Assembly (NCBI GenBank): GCA_001938485.1
Contig: MQRK01238444.1
Span: 1 to 52,886 of the forward strand
Direction of reading: 5' to 3'
Length of the DNA: 52,886 nt
Source of the DNA: Girardia tigrina
Lineage: Eukaryota
Below the pieces are notes generated by a model. It was not told where the DNA came from. It saw only the letters and a program-made list of their open reading frames with translations, and made no database searches. Positions 25,142 through 39,829 of this stretch are shown here, one piece after another; the first letter of the stretch is position 1; the number at the start of each line of letters is the position of its first letter. The translations under genes were made by a program, and so were the position numbers.

Positions 25142-27829
25142 TATGAAACTTGATATACCTAAATTATGCTAAAGAAGATATATCAAGAATATTTATGAAC
25201 GAATTTTATTTCTTTTATAGTTAACCACTGGATTAATACAAATGGGTGATCTTATTACTGGTACTTTGTGATGTAAATACTTAGATCAGTCTGTTGATAA
25301 ATACATTTAACAGCTATTGACTTCCGTGTGTAAAAACAAGTCAAAATCTTTATTTCTACACATTATTACATTTTTCACATATCACTAGCGAAATTGAATT
25401 TTGTAACCTACATGTAGCGTCCATTACTTGATAAGAAAAAAGCTTTTTCTTCAAATTAAAGATCTTAGTTTACTGGAAGGAGTAGTCAAGGGTAAAAGAC
25501 ATATATATATTTGTTAGTATATGAAAATTTTGTACATATTAATTCTAATTAAAGCTAATTTGTAAACATATTTATAAATAATTCATTCTTCTTATATAAC
25601 AAGGTGAAAGACCATTTAGAATAGAAAAATCATTCTTCTTGTTATTTTTATTAGTTAAGAATTACAGTTTTCTTTTTGATAAACTTTTATTTTGTTACAT
25701 TTGAAAGAAATAAACTCATAAATAAGAATAATACAATGATCAAAATTGACGTACATTTAAATATTTAAGATATTGTTATATATTCATTTATGATTATATA
25801 TTTTAAAAATTAAAAACTAAAAATATTTGTTTTAATAATATATTATATAATAAATATTAATCTTGTTCGACTTTTATTAATTTTATAATTCTTCAGATTT
25901 ATATAACACATATACGATAAAACACATCTAACTTTGTTATTTTGTTTTTGTTTTTTGTCCTTTTAAATGTTCGTAAATATTAAAATACACTTTTCACAAA
26001 TATTTGTTTGTTGAAAGACAAAATAAAACATGTTTTGTCCTAAAAGGTCACTTTGGTTAATTGTTTCTTTTAGTCTTCGTGTCGGATAGTTGTAGATATT
26101 TTTCTTCTTTAAAAATATAATGAAAAGATTCATGTTTCATAAATAAATATAGTTATAGTTTAATTAATTTTAAATATTAATTTTAAATTAGAAAGTTTTA
26201 AGATAATTTATAAATAAAAATTAAAAAAATAACTGTTTCATAATTAATATATTAATATTATATTACTCTGCAGCAAAAATTGTAAAGGGAAAAATAGTCG
26301 CTCAAAGGAAAACGTGTCAATAATTCATAAAAGTGAGGTAAACATATTACTAACATATAAAAATTTCCGCTTTTCACTATTAATAGTTTATAAATTGGAC
26401 AGATTTTCAATCAGATTTTTTGATTAATAAATTTTAAGTTTAGATTTATATACTATAAAGAACACTTATTGGATTTTCAATACATTTATTGATATCACAA
26501 CTCGAATTGACACTCGGACATTTTTTCACACAACTTTCGTAGCTCGTCATCGTTCTTGATTGATCAATTTTTTAATTCTATTTTTAACCTCTAATTATTC
26601 GAACAATTTCAATTACAATTTAATTTACAATTTCCAATAAAAATACTTTTACATTATTTTAAAAAATATTTTGAATTCATAATTAATGATTAAAGTATAT
26701 TAATTTAATTTTAAAGTTGTTAATTACATTTTTAAATTGTCCGAATAATGCGACAGTATAAAATATTTAAAATTTCAATCTTCCATCAGGGTGGGAGAAA
26801 ACAATCCTTAAAACATACAATACACATCATTCAAAAATATTCATCATATATATAAAATAAACAGCAGTTGGAAAAAGTTTCATTGTTAAAAGAATGTACA
26901 TAATATTAAAATATGGTGAAATAAACCAAACGTAATATAAAATAAATGAAAATTAAAAGGAAGAAAAATCAGATAGAAAAAAGAGATCAGAAATGGAGAC
27001 AGATATAACCTATTTGTCATTACCCATGAATCAATTAGTCTAATTAACATTAATTTGAAGAATAATTATGATAAGCTGTAATAATATTTTTTTATTTCTG
27101 AGCATAACATAAAGTATAAAAATATTTTATCATTTAGATTTTATAATTCAAAATGAGAAAATAATAAAATGAGAAAGTGCTAAATTTAATAATGTCTAAA
27201 AATAAATCATCAATTTAAAAAATAAACGGAATATACTATGATGGAAGAAGCTGTATTTATATCGTATAAGAGTATATATTTATTAATCAAGCGTAGGTAA
27301 AGTCGGATAAAATGCGCTGAGGTTAAAATTTTATATTCAATATTTAGGTATTTTTAATCTTCAATAACGTAAAACATTAGAATGGTTATTCAGATGTAAG
27401 GTTGAAGAGAATCAAGACACTTCAACAAAAAACAATAAAATAAAACAAACGTTCCTTTACATAAATTTTCTAATAAATATGTTTTTTTGGCAAAAAAGTA
27501 GTTTATATTTTTATGATATTTGTTATAATTACATAGATTTAGTTTTTAATTTTTATTATTTGAGAATATTACTCAATTGACACATTGTGGATTTTAAGAC
27601 AATATTTATTTTTTAATGTTGGGTTTTTGTTGGACTGAAACCTTTCGTGAATATTAGTAAACATAGTAGAAGTAAACTTTACTTCTTTTTACTTAGTATC
27701 ATTAAATGTAATGTTAAGATATTCTTTTACTGATTAACATGAGAACTCCGTAGCATATGTTATTTATTATAATCTTTTAATGTTTAAAATATATAATAAA
27801 TTGTTTAAAAACAGTTCTTAATTAATCAC

Positions 27830-28205
27830 CTACTCCATGCTCATTCATATTATCATGTTGATTCTCCTTATATCTTCTGGATGGAGTTGAGCAACTTGGA
27901 GATCTCGAGTCATTTAAATTTGGAGACGTTATATTTAATTTGTTTTTCCTACGTTTTCCAGGACTGTTGCAATCTTGGGGAATTGAGTTTCTCATGGGTT
28001 GGTTACGCAGAGCAGACGGACAAAAGTTACTATTCACTATACAGTCTGGTAACCTGATATTTCGTTTTGTTATTGAGTTCCCGCGCGATGTTTCAGATTT
28101 CTCCAAAGATTTGCCGGAGTCGGTGCGGTTTTTTGAGCAATTCTGAGTTTTAAAGCTAGGAGATGGACTTTTGTTTACAAATAGTGAACTTTTTGATATA
28201 AACGA
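27830..28205 (-). CDS. Internal exon of an unidentified host gene (Ser/Pro/Lys-rich, probably disordered nuclear protein)
   Basis: Acceptor tttatttattttcag at 28206; stop-free ~125 codons SFISKSSLFVNKSPSPSF...SPGKRRKNK...TPSRRYKE...EHGV; donor gtgatt (after 27830) or gtaggt (after 27834); GC above the flanks. Confidence 0.75.
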
Positions 28206-29329
28206 CTGAAAATAAATAAAATATTAAATGTTTATCAATAAAAATTTATTCTAATAAAAAATCATTTCATGTTGTTATGAAAATATATAAATATATTCAA
28301 AGTGATTTTAAAAATAAATTGGTTCTTGAGCATAAAGAGAAATATGGATAATCTATATTAAGAATGAATTAATTGCATTTTTTTCGGTATTTTAGTGTCT
28401 TGCACTGGCTACATGTGTTATTGTGCTGAGTGTCACCAATCTCAAACCAGCTGCGAGAGCACTCTGTTCTCTCAGATCGCCATTTGGTCACACATTTCAG
28501 GCAAAATGAATCAATGAAATTTAAGTTTATTTTTTGTTTGAAGTGAAGGCTAAATTTGAGTTGATTGCATTGAGTTATAGAAGTTTCATCGCAAAGATTA
28601 GCTTTTGGTTAACTGTCTATTGTTATCTTTATAAAAATGTCTCCTTTGCCTTTTCTATCCTTTGAACATAGATTTTTATTTGACTTTTACTTTTATGTTT
28701 ACTAGTATTATTTAATATATTTATCCCCATTCAGTTTTATTTTAATCTTATAAAATAAATCTGTTTTTTCTTAATAAAATTTTTACAGATTCAGAAAGAC
28801 ATTTTATTACAATGAGATGAACCAAAAATCTGGTTAAGGTACATCTTTTTACAGATACTTGGGTAGATCAACATAATTATTAAAATCATTTTTTAACCAA
28901 TTTTTAGATTAAAAAAGATTTCCATAAGATTTTTTTTAATTTTATCAAAACAAATTTTGTTTGACAAGAATCTTTTTATATTTAAAATAAAAATTCCTTT
29001 TTTGAACTAACAATTAATATTGTTTTAGTATCACTGTTGCGTTGAAGAGTTAGATGCATGCATATTTTGATATCATAAATAGAAATATAAAAAAATATCT
29101 CAATTTCGACGCGAATACTTTAATTTATTCATGTTAAAGGTTTTTTAGGACGGGGAGTAATAGTTATAAGATATATTTGATATTATTACTACAAATTGGA
29201 AAGCTAATATAATTAGATTAAATTAGATGTAGAAACACTGACAAAACTATAAATAATAAGAATGACAATATTTGAAGAATAAATTTTATTAGACTTTAGA
29301 TAAGTACAAATTCTTTTAGGAACAATAAA

Positions 29330-30638
29330 AATTTGCATTTCAAATAGAATTTCGTGAGCAAAATAGCTAGAAATATGACGATAGGGTTATGATAAATCAA
29401 CTAAATCAAAACTACATGTTTACGAGTGGTACAGCACATTGAAAGGTGGTCGAGATATGGTAGAAGATTTTCCAGGCTCTGGTCGGCCAACTACGACTAC
29501 CACTGCAGATAATATCTCTAGTGAAGAAATTTGTGAGTAAAAATTATCATTAAGTATGAAATTTCTGTTTCTTACATTGCGAATGTTTCTGTTTCTTACA
29601 TTCCTACTATTGCGAATGATTGTTTGGGCATAAATACGTTGCTCTTCGACGTTTTCCTATGTACCCATATTTTTCGTCAATAAGCGCATGCTTTTGCATT
29701 TAGATTTTATGTTTTTAGGTGTACCAATTAGTCCCCAAAAATTGGAGTATCAACAACATCACAATTTGAATGCAAACATTTATTGACAACACAAACAGAT
29801 TCTTCACAACAATTTTCAGAGTGCATCTTTCTTTGATATAGTTTTGTTTATATATTCAAATCTAAAAAACAATGAATGGGAAATTTTTAATATTAATTTT
29901 TAATTTCTTAAATTGTATTGGATAAAAAGGCATTAGGTAATTTATTAAATGAACATTAATTTTTAAAATATATTAAATTTAATAAGTTAAAATCGTTTAC
30001 TAAAAATATTATTAAAATTCATAATTATAAAACTTTAATTAATTAGTACTTAAAATTAGTATCATTAGATTCAAATAATCAATCAATAAACATATCAACC
30101 CCATCTGAGTAGGAGAGTCACAAATCAAAACAGCAAACAAACTTACAACATTCCAAATTATCCCTCACATGTGCATATTTTGGACACTGCCATTTTTACC
30201 TCAAAATAGACTAATTATTTTTTTCAATTCATATGGAAGCAAAAAATCAGTACAGGTGCACATATTTTCGGAAAATCTTAGTACTTGAATTTACTACAGA
30301 AAATATATCGCGTAAAGTTTGCTGAAGACAAGCTGGAACGAGTCGATTCCGACCACACATTCATGAAACGCATTTTAACTATCTCAAGTCTACTATCGTG
30401 AATAGATTTCTATAAACCGTTTTTCTAGGAAATTTTCTAGGCAACCGTTTTCAGTGAATAGAAATCATTAAATAAATTTGCAGTGGGAATTTAAGTCGAA
30501 TCCAGAAAATGCCTTTACAATATGTTTTGATGATTGAATTATAAGTGTATTCAATCAGAAGGTGATACAATAAATTTCATTGAATAATAAATATTTTGTG
30601 TTTTATTGACCAATTTCGGTACTTTTTTGACAGAATGT
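29330..30638 (+). mobile_element. Fragmented mariner relic interrupted by a repeat insertion
   Basis: VYEWYSTLKGGRDMVEDFPGSGRPTT, RVKFAEDKLERVDSDHTFMKRILT and PENAFTICFDD..KCIQSEGD; right TIR-like end ggtacttttttgacagaatg|TA; left TIR not found. Confidence 0.75.
29752..30169 (-). repeat. Dispersed repeat family A (TGTGAGG terminus), nested in the mariner relic
   Basis: Reverse complement matches 52214-52529 and 46822-47040. Confidence 0.85.
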
Positions 30639-32758
30639 ATAAGATTTTTTTATAAATAGAAAATTAATATTTAAATATATATCGGTATAAGGAAATTTCA
30701 GTTCACCTACCCATATTATTAGCGCTTAAATTGTGAGTCATTGTTAATGAGGTACCAAAACAATTTAAAATTAATATTATAATCAAATATTATAACTAAT
30801 TACAATACCGAATTAATTATAACACTGACTTATTTACAACGAAATAAAAATAAAATAATAATAATCCAACTGTTCAGAGCCGAATGTATTTTTAGACATA
30901 AAGTTTACACAGAATCAGACAAAGAATAATCAGGCTGTATTAGATGTTTAAGTAACACAACTCATCAATACGAATGTGCTCCTGCAAAAATTCAAACTTG
31001 TCAATTTCATTATTAAGGAGTTTTGTCTTAAGACTGATAAAAAACCTGGAGGGTTTCGGGATTTCTTTGCCTTTTTGTAAGAAGATTATTGTTAATTCGT
31101 AAATAGTCCTTACTATTTTTTTCTTACTTTGTAATATAGCTAAACATTTGCTCTAGAGAGGATTGAACCTTTTCTGTGACCTTCAATGGATTGGAAAAAA
31201 AATTTGGAGCAAGCAGATAACATCAAAAGAAAAATGTTGTAAATATGAGAAGATTCTTCAGAGCGATCAAATTATAACGAATGAAGAATGTTGTACTTAA
31301 TTTGGTAACCCCAAAATTATTACTAATAATAATTTTAAATTAAATATAAAAAATATTATGCTTGTTAATACCATTTTTAAATTATTTATTTTTAATTTTT
31401 ATTTTATGAAATTAAATGTAGCATTATTTGATTATAACTGATCTATAAATATAAATATATAATAAAAATTGTTTTTTAATACTAATAACAAAATAAAATC
31501 AAATCAAATGAAACTTCATAATTTCAGGAAATTCAAGATTGTTTAAATAATTTAATTCAAAGAAATATAAAAATAATTGCAAAAATAAGTCTTTTATTCG
31601 ACAATAAATTATTTTGTTTTGTACAAAAAATGAAAATAAAAGTGAATTTTTTTCTTAAGTTTAAATAAGCATAAAATTTTTTAGGAAATTCTATCATTCA
31701 AATTAACGTTTTTTTTATTCAAATATTTTATATAATATGAAATAAATATTGATTAATAATTGTAGGATGAAAGATAACAAAGTTTCTTTAATATTAATTT
31801 TAATATTAATTTATATTTGTAATATTACATGTAATATTTTGATTAATTAAAAATATTTATATTATTTAATTAACCAAAAACAATATTTTTAATGAATTTA
31901 AATAATTTTAAAATAATATTTAATCATGTCAATTAATCAAAAGAATAAAAAAGAAATTATTAAATTTTAATTTTATAAGAAAAATTAAATTGAATGAAAT
32001 GATTTTTGATGTAAACAAAATTTTTTTTGGTGGGGATTTGTAAAAAAAAAACAAACCAGGATTTCCGCCATTTTATTGAATTTATTTGCTTTACGATTTA
32101 TTATTTACAAAGAATTAATTACATTTGATGATTTATAAAATGAAAAAATTAACAGTATTTACAGTGTTTTGTGGATTATTAAATGTTTTTTTTGTTTATT
32201 GAAATAAAATAATAACCATTTTTTATCAATTTGGAAAAGAAAACAACATCATAAATGATTGTAAAATATTCGAAATGTTTGTATATATGATGGGTTAAGT
32301 TAAATTTTCATCTCACCATATTAATTTATTATTTTTTTATTTTAAAAGGTAAAATATTTTAATGTTAATATGCTCATTAAATATTTTAAAATTAAAAATG
32401 ATATAATAAAACAACTATTAAAAAATCAAATACGTATTTAAAAATAAAATATGTTTTTAATGTGTTTTTTAAATATTTAAAAAAAATTAAAAATGATATA
32501 ATAAAAGGAAATCATAAAAAAATTATTAAGAACATTTAGACAAGGCGCGTTTGAACTTTTCTTACAATCACATTTAGAGTCATTAAGACTCTCAGAAAGT
32601 CTTTCATCGTTTGCCATTGTTCTAATTGGTTTTCTTATTTCTGTTTTTAATCATGATTATTCAAACAATTTTATTAAGTCATTTTTTTAAAATATTTAAC
32701 TTAAAAAAAATTAATTAAAACTAATAATTTTTACCATTTCTCAATAAATCACAAAATA

Positions 32759-34062
32759 TTAGGTTGGTCGAAAAATAATGGCGGTTTTTGAGCTTTATAC
32801 TTTGTTTATCTACTTTGATATGTATATAAGTTTAAATGCATTAGTGTTAGATATTATTTGAAATCTTATGCCTAGCTGTATATTCCTATAGCAATTATTA
32901 ACATATTGCTGTTATTTTTTTTAGAATATTTACGGTGTTAAATTAATAATGGAAAAAAATAAAATTCGAGGAATTTTCTTGTACGAATTTAAACTGGGTA
33001 GTAAAGCAGCAGAAACGGCTCGCAATATCAATAAAGCGTTTGATAAGGGAACAGCTTCGGAACGCACAGTGCAACGATGATTCCGAAAATTTTCTGATGG
33101 AGATGAAAACCCTGAAGATGAAGAAGGTCGTGGTCGTCCAGTTGCGGTGAACAACGACAACTTGAGGACAATGGTGAAAACAGATCCCCGTACAACAATC
33201 AGAGAACTTGCAGATAGGTTAGGCATTAGTTATTCAACAGTCGTGGATCATTTAAAACAACTTTGAAAAATCAAGAAACTTGATAAATGTGTTCCAGATG
33301 ATTTGAATGGAAATCAAAAGAACCGACGCTATGAAATTTGTTCTGCCAATCATCTTCGCAATAAAAACGATCCATTTCTTGATCGTATTGTTTCCTGTGA
33401 TGAGAAATGGATCCTATATGATAACCGACGTCAATCTTCACAGTGGTTGGACAAAGATGAAGTACCGAAACACTTTCCAAAACCGAAACTAACACCCCGT
33501 AAGGTTATGGTGACAGTTTGGTGGTGTGATGCTGGAATCATCCACTATAGTTTCTTGAATCCAGGTAAAACAATCACAGCGGAGAGGTACTGTCATGAAA
33601 TTGATGAAATGTATAAGAAATTGAAAATCTTTTGTCCGGGATTGGTCAATCGAAAAAGTCCCATCCTTCTTCATGATAACGCTAGACCTCATATTTCAAA
33701 AGTGACTCTTCAAAAGCTTAATGAGTTGGGCTATGANNNNNNNNNNNNNNNNNNNNNNNNNNNNNNNNNNNNNNNNNNNNNNNNNNCTCGCCAACGGACT
33801 TCTACTTTTTCAGGCATTTGTACAACTTCCTACGTGAAAAAATTTTCAAAAACCAAAATGATGCTCAAAATGCCTTCCAAGAATTCGTCGCTTCGAGAAC
33901 TGATGTATTTTATGCTGATGGAATAAAACAACTTGTTTCTCGTTGGTAAAAATGTATTGATGCCAACGGTTTATACTTTGATTAGTAAACTTTTGTTTCT
34001 GTGAATTTGCACGTCTTTGAAGTTTTTTTCCCAAAACTGCAATTATTTTTCTACCAACCTAA
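32759..34062 (+). mobile_element. Full-length cecropia-subfamily (Hsmar1-like) mariner, inactive
   Basis: TA-flanked TIRs ttaggttggtcgaaaaataatggcggttttt / aaaactgcaattatttttctaccaacctaa; ~1.3 kb (includes a 50-N gap). Confidence 0.95.
32949..33985 (+). pseudogene. Mariner DD34D-type transposase pseudogene
   Basis: MEKNKIRGIFLYEFKLG..., GRGRP, IVSCDEKWILYDN, LLHDNARPH, SPTDFYFF, ...NGLYFD*; three premature stops and a gap over the YSPDL region. Confidence 0.92.
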
Positions 34063-34139
34063 TAATAAAAATGTCATCAAATTATTGAAAATACATTTAA
34101 TTTAAATTTTACCAAAAAATATTAAACTTAACTTTAATT

Positions 34140-34332
34140 GTTAAATTAAAAATATGAACTTATAAAATGATTATTTTTAAATATTAAATTTAAATATTAA
34201 ACTTTAAATTTAAATAAAAAAACACCAATTTCCATCTGGGTGGGAGAATCACCATTCTAAATTCAACATACTTAAATCAACATACATCATCACTAAAATT
34301 ACACATTCAAACAATTTAAAATATTCCTCACA
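34140..34332 (-). repeat. Family A-related copy (TGTGAGG terminus, CCCAGATGG motif)
   Basis: ttccatctgggtgggagaatcac...aaatattcctcaca, similar to 26770-26848 and to the reverse complement of 39207-39310. Confidence 0.65.
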
Positions 34333-34339
34333 AAATTAA

Positions 34340-34722
34340 GTATCTATTTAAAAATAAAAAATATCTTTTTAATGTATCTATTAAATATCTTAAAATTAAA
34401 AATGATAAGAAAACCATTAAATATTAAATATTTATTTATAAATAAAATATTTTTACAGTCACAACAATTTATATATTTTAATATAAGTTATGAAACAATT
34501 TTAAATAAATTTTAAAATAAATTTTTAGTTTTACTGTGAAATGTATTTAATAAATTTGCAAGATTTAAAAAATTTAATCGAAAAGAATTTAATAGATTAA
34601 TTTGTGGCGAGATAATTGAATTAACAGAAAAATTTGTTTAAATATGTGAATTGTTGTTATATATTAATAAATTTTGGTGTTAAAAATGAATTCAGATATT
34701 GATGTTGCAACCACTCCTCACA
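34340..34722 (-). repeat. Dispersed repeat family B, second copy
   Basis: Reverse complement of 5844-6226, ending ...ccactcctcaca. Confidence 0.85.
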
Positions 34723-36987
34723 GTATACATTAAACCCTTTGATATATGTCAAGGCATAAATCGATTTATTCATATTATTTTATAATTCTTAAACAAATAT
34801 TAAATATTTAATTTTACTATTTCAAAAAAATATGGATATTTCCTAAATATTTAATTTAATTTTAACAATATTTGTTTTGGAATAAAAATTATTTTAAATA
34901 TTAAAATAAATGATACAAAAACTATGCAAATATAATTGTTAATATGAAATAATTTGTAAATTTTGTTTTAATAAAATTATTTAACCGCATTTTTGTATTG
35001 GTGTTGCGTTTTTAAGAATTTGATTAATTATTGAAAAATGAAACGATCGATTGTGAAAGAATTCTACACAAAATTGTTGAATATCAAGCTGATTTCTTGC
35101 GATTGTCACTTGTGTGAGTTCTGCGATTGATTGAGAGACAATAGAGAATTTATGAGGGCACTGCTAAATTTAGTGGTAGCGAAGAGCAGCTTGGGCTTTC
35201 TCGGATTGACTGATTGGGGTCTCTCTAGGTTTGTACAATCCGGTTAAATCAATGGCTTCATCAATAACAAGACTTGAAATGAATTGATTGTCTTTTTCAG
35301 CTGATTTTTATCGATTATTTTCGTTTATCGTTATTGGAGTAAAGCAAGCGACAATTCAGTCTTGATTTAAAGTGTGATCCATTCGATTTTTTTGAGAAAG
35401 TCGATGAATTGACTGAGTTATTCGATAAAAATAGATTAGATAATGTGACATCAATGTATGGAACACGTGAGACATCCGTTGCTCTAATGAATCATTATCG
35501 GCAGAAACAACAGAAGAGAATCGATAAGAAGTCTTAATTGATCAATGTCGTGATTTATAATCTGCAATTGAGCGAGACAATTACCGCAACCAATGCCAAA
35601 GAATCGATTTTTTGATATGTCTATCAATAAGGAATTGCCAAGTCACAGAGATCCATAGAAAGTCAATAATAATTGATATTTTAATTTTACTTAGCATTGT
35701 GGAAAGGAACATTAATAAAATATTTTATTGATAAAAATATACAAAAAATCAAATAAAAAGCTAAGTGTATAAATTTATTTATTGCTATTATAAAATACCG
35801 ACATTATTTATTAATACTCTTTTCTTTTTATTCTTTTATACTATCAACAACAATAAATAAAAGTCCAATCACAATATAAAACGTCAAAAGAAAATTTTAA
35901 TAATAAATTCACCTCCGAGTTATGAACGGGATTTTATTATTTGAAGAGAAATATAAAATAAAAAAAATAGAAAGACCTGATTTTTTAAAATTGAATCACT
36001 GACTTTTATGGGTGGTGTACAAGCTGTAATTTTATATTAGGATAAATTAGTTATTTAATAATATCAACTAATTGATAATAGAAAATAATAATTATAAATT
36101 ATAATAATAATAATAATTATAGAGAATTTATGAGGGCACTGCTAAATTTAGTGGTAGCGAGGATATTAAATATTTTTTTAATAAATTTAAAAAAATATTG
36201 ATTAAATGACTTAAAAATTAATTCTAAAAATTTACCAAACAAAATTAGATTTAAAAAATTTCTGTCGTTTCTGTCTCGTATCGTGGAATTATAAAACTGT
36301 CAAAAATGAATTTTAATACATTTCTTATAATATAAATGTAAGACAATTTAACAAAAACAATTTCGTATCTCAATTCATCACATCTCATCCTCACACACTT
36401 CTGTCGGCCGTTCCTCTATATCTACAATACAAATTCAACGAAACCCGACAACCAATTCTAATCCCAAGAATTTCTCTCGAGCTCGACCGAACAATTATAC
36501 CGTCAAACACCATATATTATTTGTATATGTTAGTTATTTACCTTTTTATACAATAGAATTTAGTTAAAATTTATTTCTTATATTTTACTTTATTTATTTC
36601 GATAGTTAAAAGAGTTCATTGAACTTTAATTTGTCCAGTTAGCTCTTTTACAATAAATAATAATAAAATTGTCTAGACATTAAAATACATATAATAATAA
36701 TATTATAATATAGATTTTTTTGAAATGTAAAAAATCTAAGAATTTCTACAAAACATTTTAAAGACCTGTTTGAATTCGATTCCACTAAACAATCATACTG
36801 AGAATGATATAAAAACATATTAATTTATCCTTTTCGTCATACATTTTTTCCATTAAAATTTCCATCTGATAACCATACTACTACTTTGCTTAGATTTTGT
36901 GGTAAATGTGAATTTCCAAAGATAATAGTACAATCCTTTCAGCCATTAGTATACTTGTCAACCAAAACCATATCCTTGCAATTCTTG

Positions 36988-37400
36988 TGTGAGGAATATT
37001 TTAACTTTGGTAGTTTGAAATTGGTATGTTTAATTTGATATGTTGAACTTGGTATTTGGAAATTTGTTTCTTCAATCGAGATGGAAAATTGTTATTGTAG
37101 ATGTTTGTAATGAGCATGATTCATATTGTAAATTTCAGTATAAGATATTTAAAAATTTAAACTATTAAAAATAAATTATTAATTTTTAAACTAAATTTAG
37201 AGTATCGATTTTAATAAATGTTTTTGAAATAAAAATCTTTATAATAATTTGAAAGTAAATATTGAGAAATCATTACTTTAATTTAATTGTGTTATTATTA
37301 TTTATTTAAACTCCATTCTAAAATCTTATCAATTTAATTTGATGTATACTAACGAAAGTTTTATTGAGAGTTATTCTAGATACAATTCAAATTGTCATAT
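36988..37400 (+). repeat. Family A-related copy
   Basis: Starts tgtgaggaatatttt; collinear similarity to 39207-39716 (agatggaaaatt, atatttaaaaattt..actattaaaaa, acgaaagtttta) and partly to 20616-20820. Confidence 0.75.
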
Positions 37401-39206
37401 TACTAAAACTGTTCTTAATATTTGACTAAACATTCCTATCGGAACGTGTAATCAATATTAGTCTAGTTAGCTGCGTAGTAACGTAGCACCATAAAACTGC
37501 TGGAGATTGTAACTAATTAAGGTGACGTTTCCAACATAAAATGTCACTAGTGACTGCACTTTTTCCGTATTATTTTTCGGTTAATTTAAGTACATATATT
37601 TAGCATTTGACGAATAGACCAAGGTAGACAAATTAATTTTGAAAATTTCAACTATTGTCTTATTTGTTTAAACCTAAATGTATACTTTAAATAAAACAAA
37701 TAAATAAAATTTTTCAGGACACTAGATTTAATTTTGTAAGAGGACGGTAATAAATGATCAAATTTGCGAGGAAAATTACAGATCAGTTATTTCTCTATCA
37801 AGATGTGAAAATAATTTTGACGACTGTTTTCCGTAAAGGAGTACATCTAAATTTTCGGCAACTAATGATGATAATTTTTTAGGAGTCCTGCCCCTCTTGA
37901 GACAGGATAGATGTCTATTTCTGAGACTTTTTACAGCTCTTTACATTTAAACAATCTTAGAGACTCGTTATCAATTGTCAGTGAACGGAAACGGTTTTTA
38001 TTTACTCAAAAATTTTATCAGGTTAAATATTTTATAGAAATGACTACAGATTAATGCTCAGAAATTTACCACTTTTAAATGAAAAATTAGACTGAATTTT
38101 GTTAAATTTTTAGCTTAAAAGATGTAATTTTGTATAGAGCTTTCAGGAGTACAATCGAAATTGTCAAAATCGACAAGTAAAGATTTTAAAGTTATGCTTA
38201 AATAATTTAACACATATTGTGAAAAGATTTATTCTAATTACTTTATGGACATTTGGGAGATATTTCCGAATGTAGACTATGATCCAAATGGTTTTGAAAA
38301 CGGAAATCAGAGGTCAACCTTTCACTTACACTAAAAATGCGTTTTTTCATGGAAGAAACTACTTGTTTCAAGCCATTTTTCATGAACAAAAAAGATTAGG
38401 TTGAACATAAATTACCGAATTCATGAAGTCAACTGAGTTTCCTGAAACTTACACAGCATTTGAAACTTAACTTACATTTTGTATCTAAAGTCTGATAAAA
38501 ATGATTCTAAAGGGTGAGAAAGCTAACAAATATCATGCTTTACAAAAAATTGGAGAAAATAAAAAATACCAATTGTTCTAATTTGAAGTATTCATTTTCA
38601 ATGAAACTAATTATAATCTCTCAAAAATACCAAATCAGGTATTTATATTTTTTTAATATTGACACAAATTCAAAACTGGGACTGATCTCCTCCATAAAGA
38701 AGAACAATAAGTGTAACGTCGTTCATTTCAAAAGATCAGTTTGCTGTTCTTCAAACTATTATTACTTTATATCATGAAATGTGATATGTCGTATATTTGA
38801 ATAATTACAAATCAATCCATATAATCCTTCGATTAATATCAAAAATCGGAAAAATATAGCAGTAAATTCAGTAAATATTTACATTTTGTTATATGTTTAT
38901 ATATTGGGTGATTTTTACCTTATCTTTGACCAAAATCTTTCGTAATCCTGATAAATCTAACATTTAAAATTATGGCATATATTTGTATTTAAAAAACGGA
39001 CTTGCATTAAATTAAGAGAATATATCTTTTTTACTTTTTCAGTTTTGAATGGTCAAACAAACTTGCGAATTACACTGAATAACAACACAAGAGTTCTTTT
39101 ATATTCACTGGAGCACACTTTCCCTAGCTAGAATTAAACTGTGTACATTCGAAGATGGAAAACGAGCTGTTATTTTTGTTATTCTATTACATTGATCTAT
39201 TAGTTC

Positions 39207-39716
39207 TGTTAGGAATATTTTAAATTTAGTATGCTGAAATTGATATGTTAAATTTGTATGTTGAGTTTAGTACTTGGAAATGTGTTTCACGTACCCAGAT
39301 GGAAAATTTGTATTTTGGATGTTCTTGATGATTACTTGTTCGAACATGATTTAGATTTTAGATTACAACATAATATATTTAAAAATTTTACTATTAAAAA
39401 GAATTTATTAATTTTTATAAAGCAAATATTTTTAAAATGAATTTGTAAATCGATTAAGTAAACTTTTGAAAAAGAAATCATTTTAATAATTAAATAACTT
39501 TTAGATAAAATTATTGAAGAAATTATTAAACTAAAATTTTAAAAATTAAAATCAATGAAAATAATTTGAATGTATAAAATGAAAATTTGTTCGAATAATT
39601 GCTTAAAACTTTAAAAATTTAAAAAAGATTCATTATTAAAAATTTAGTTAAACTTCAAATGACGAAAGTTTTACTGATAATTTTCATGAAAACAACTCAA
39701 ACAGTTATCATAACAT
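39207..39716 (+). repeat. Family A-related copy
   Basis: Starts tgttaggaatatttt; similar to 36988-37400. Confidence 0.75.
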
Positions 39717-39829
39717 GTATGGAAAATTATATTATATTTTTAATAAATATATTTAAAAGACTATCACATACAAAAAGATAATTTCTGTCTTCAATCCAGT
39801 ACTTCAACTACCTAGTGCTTTCAATAAAT

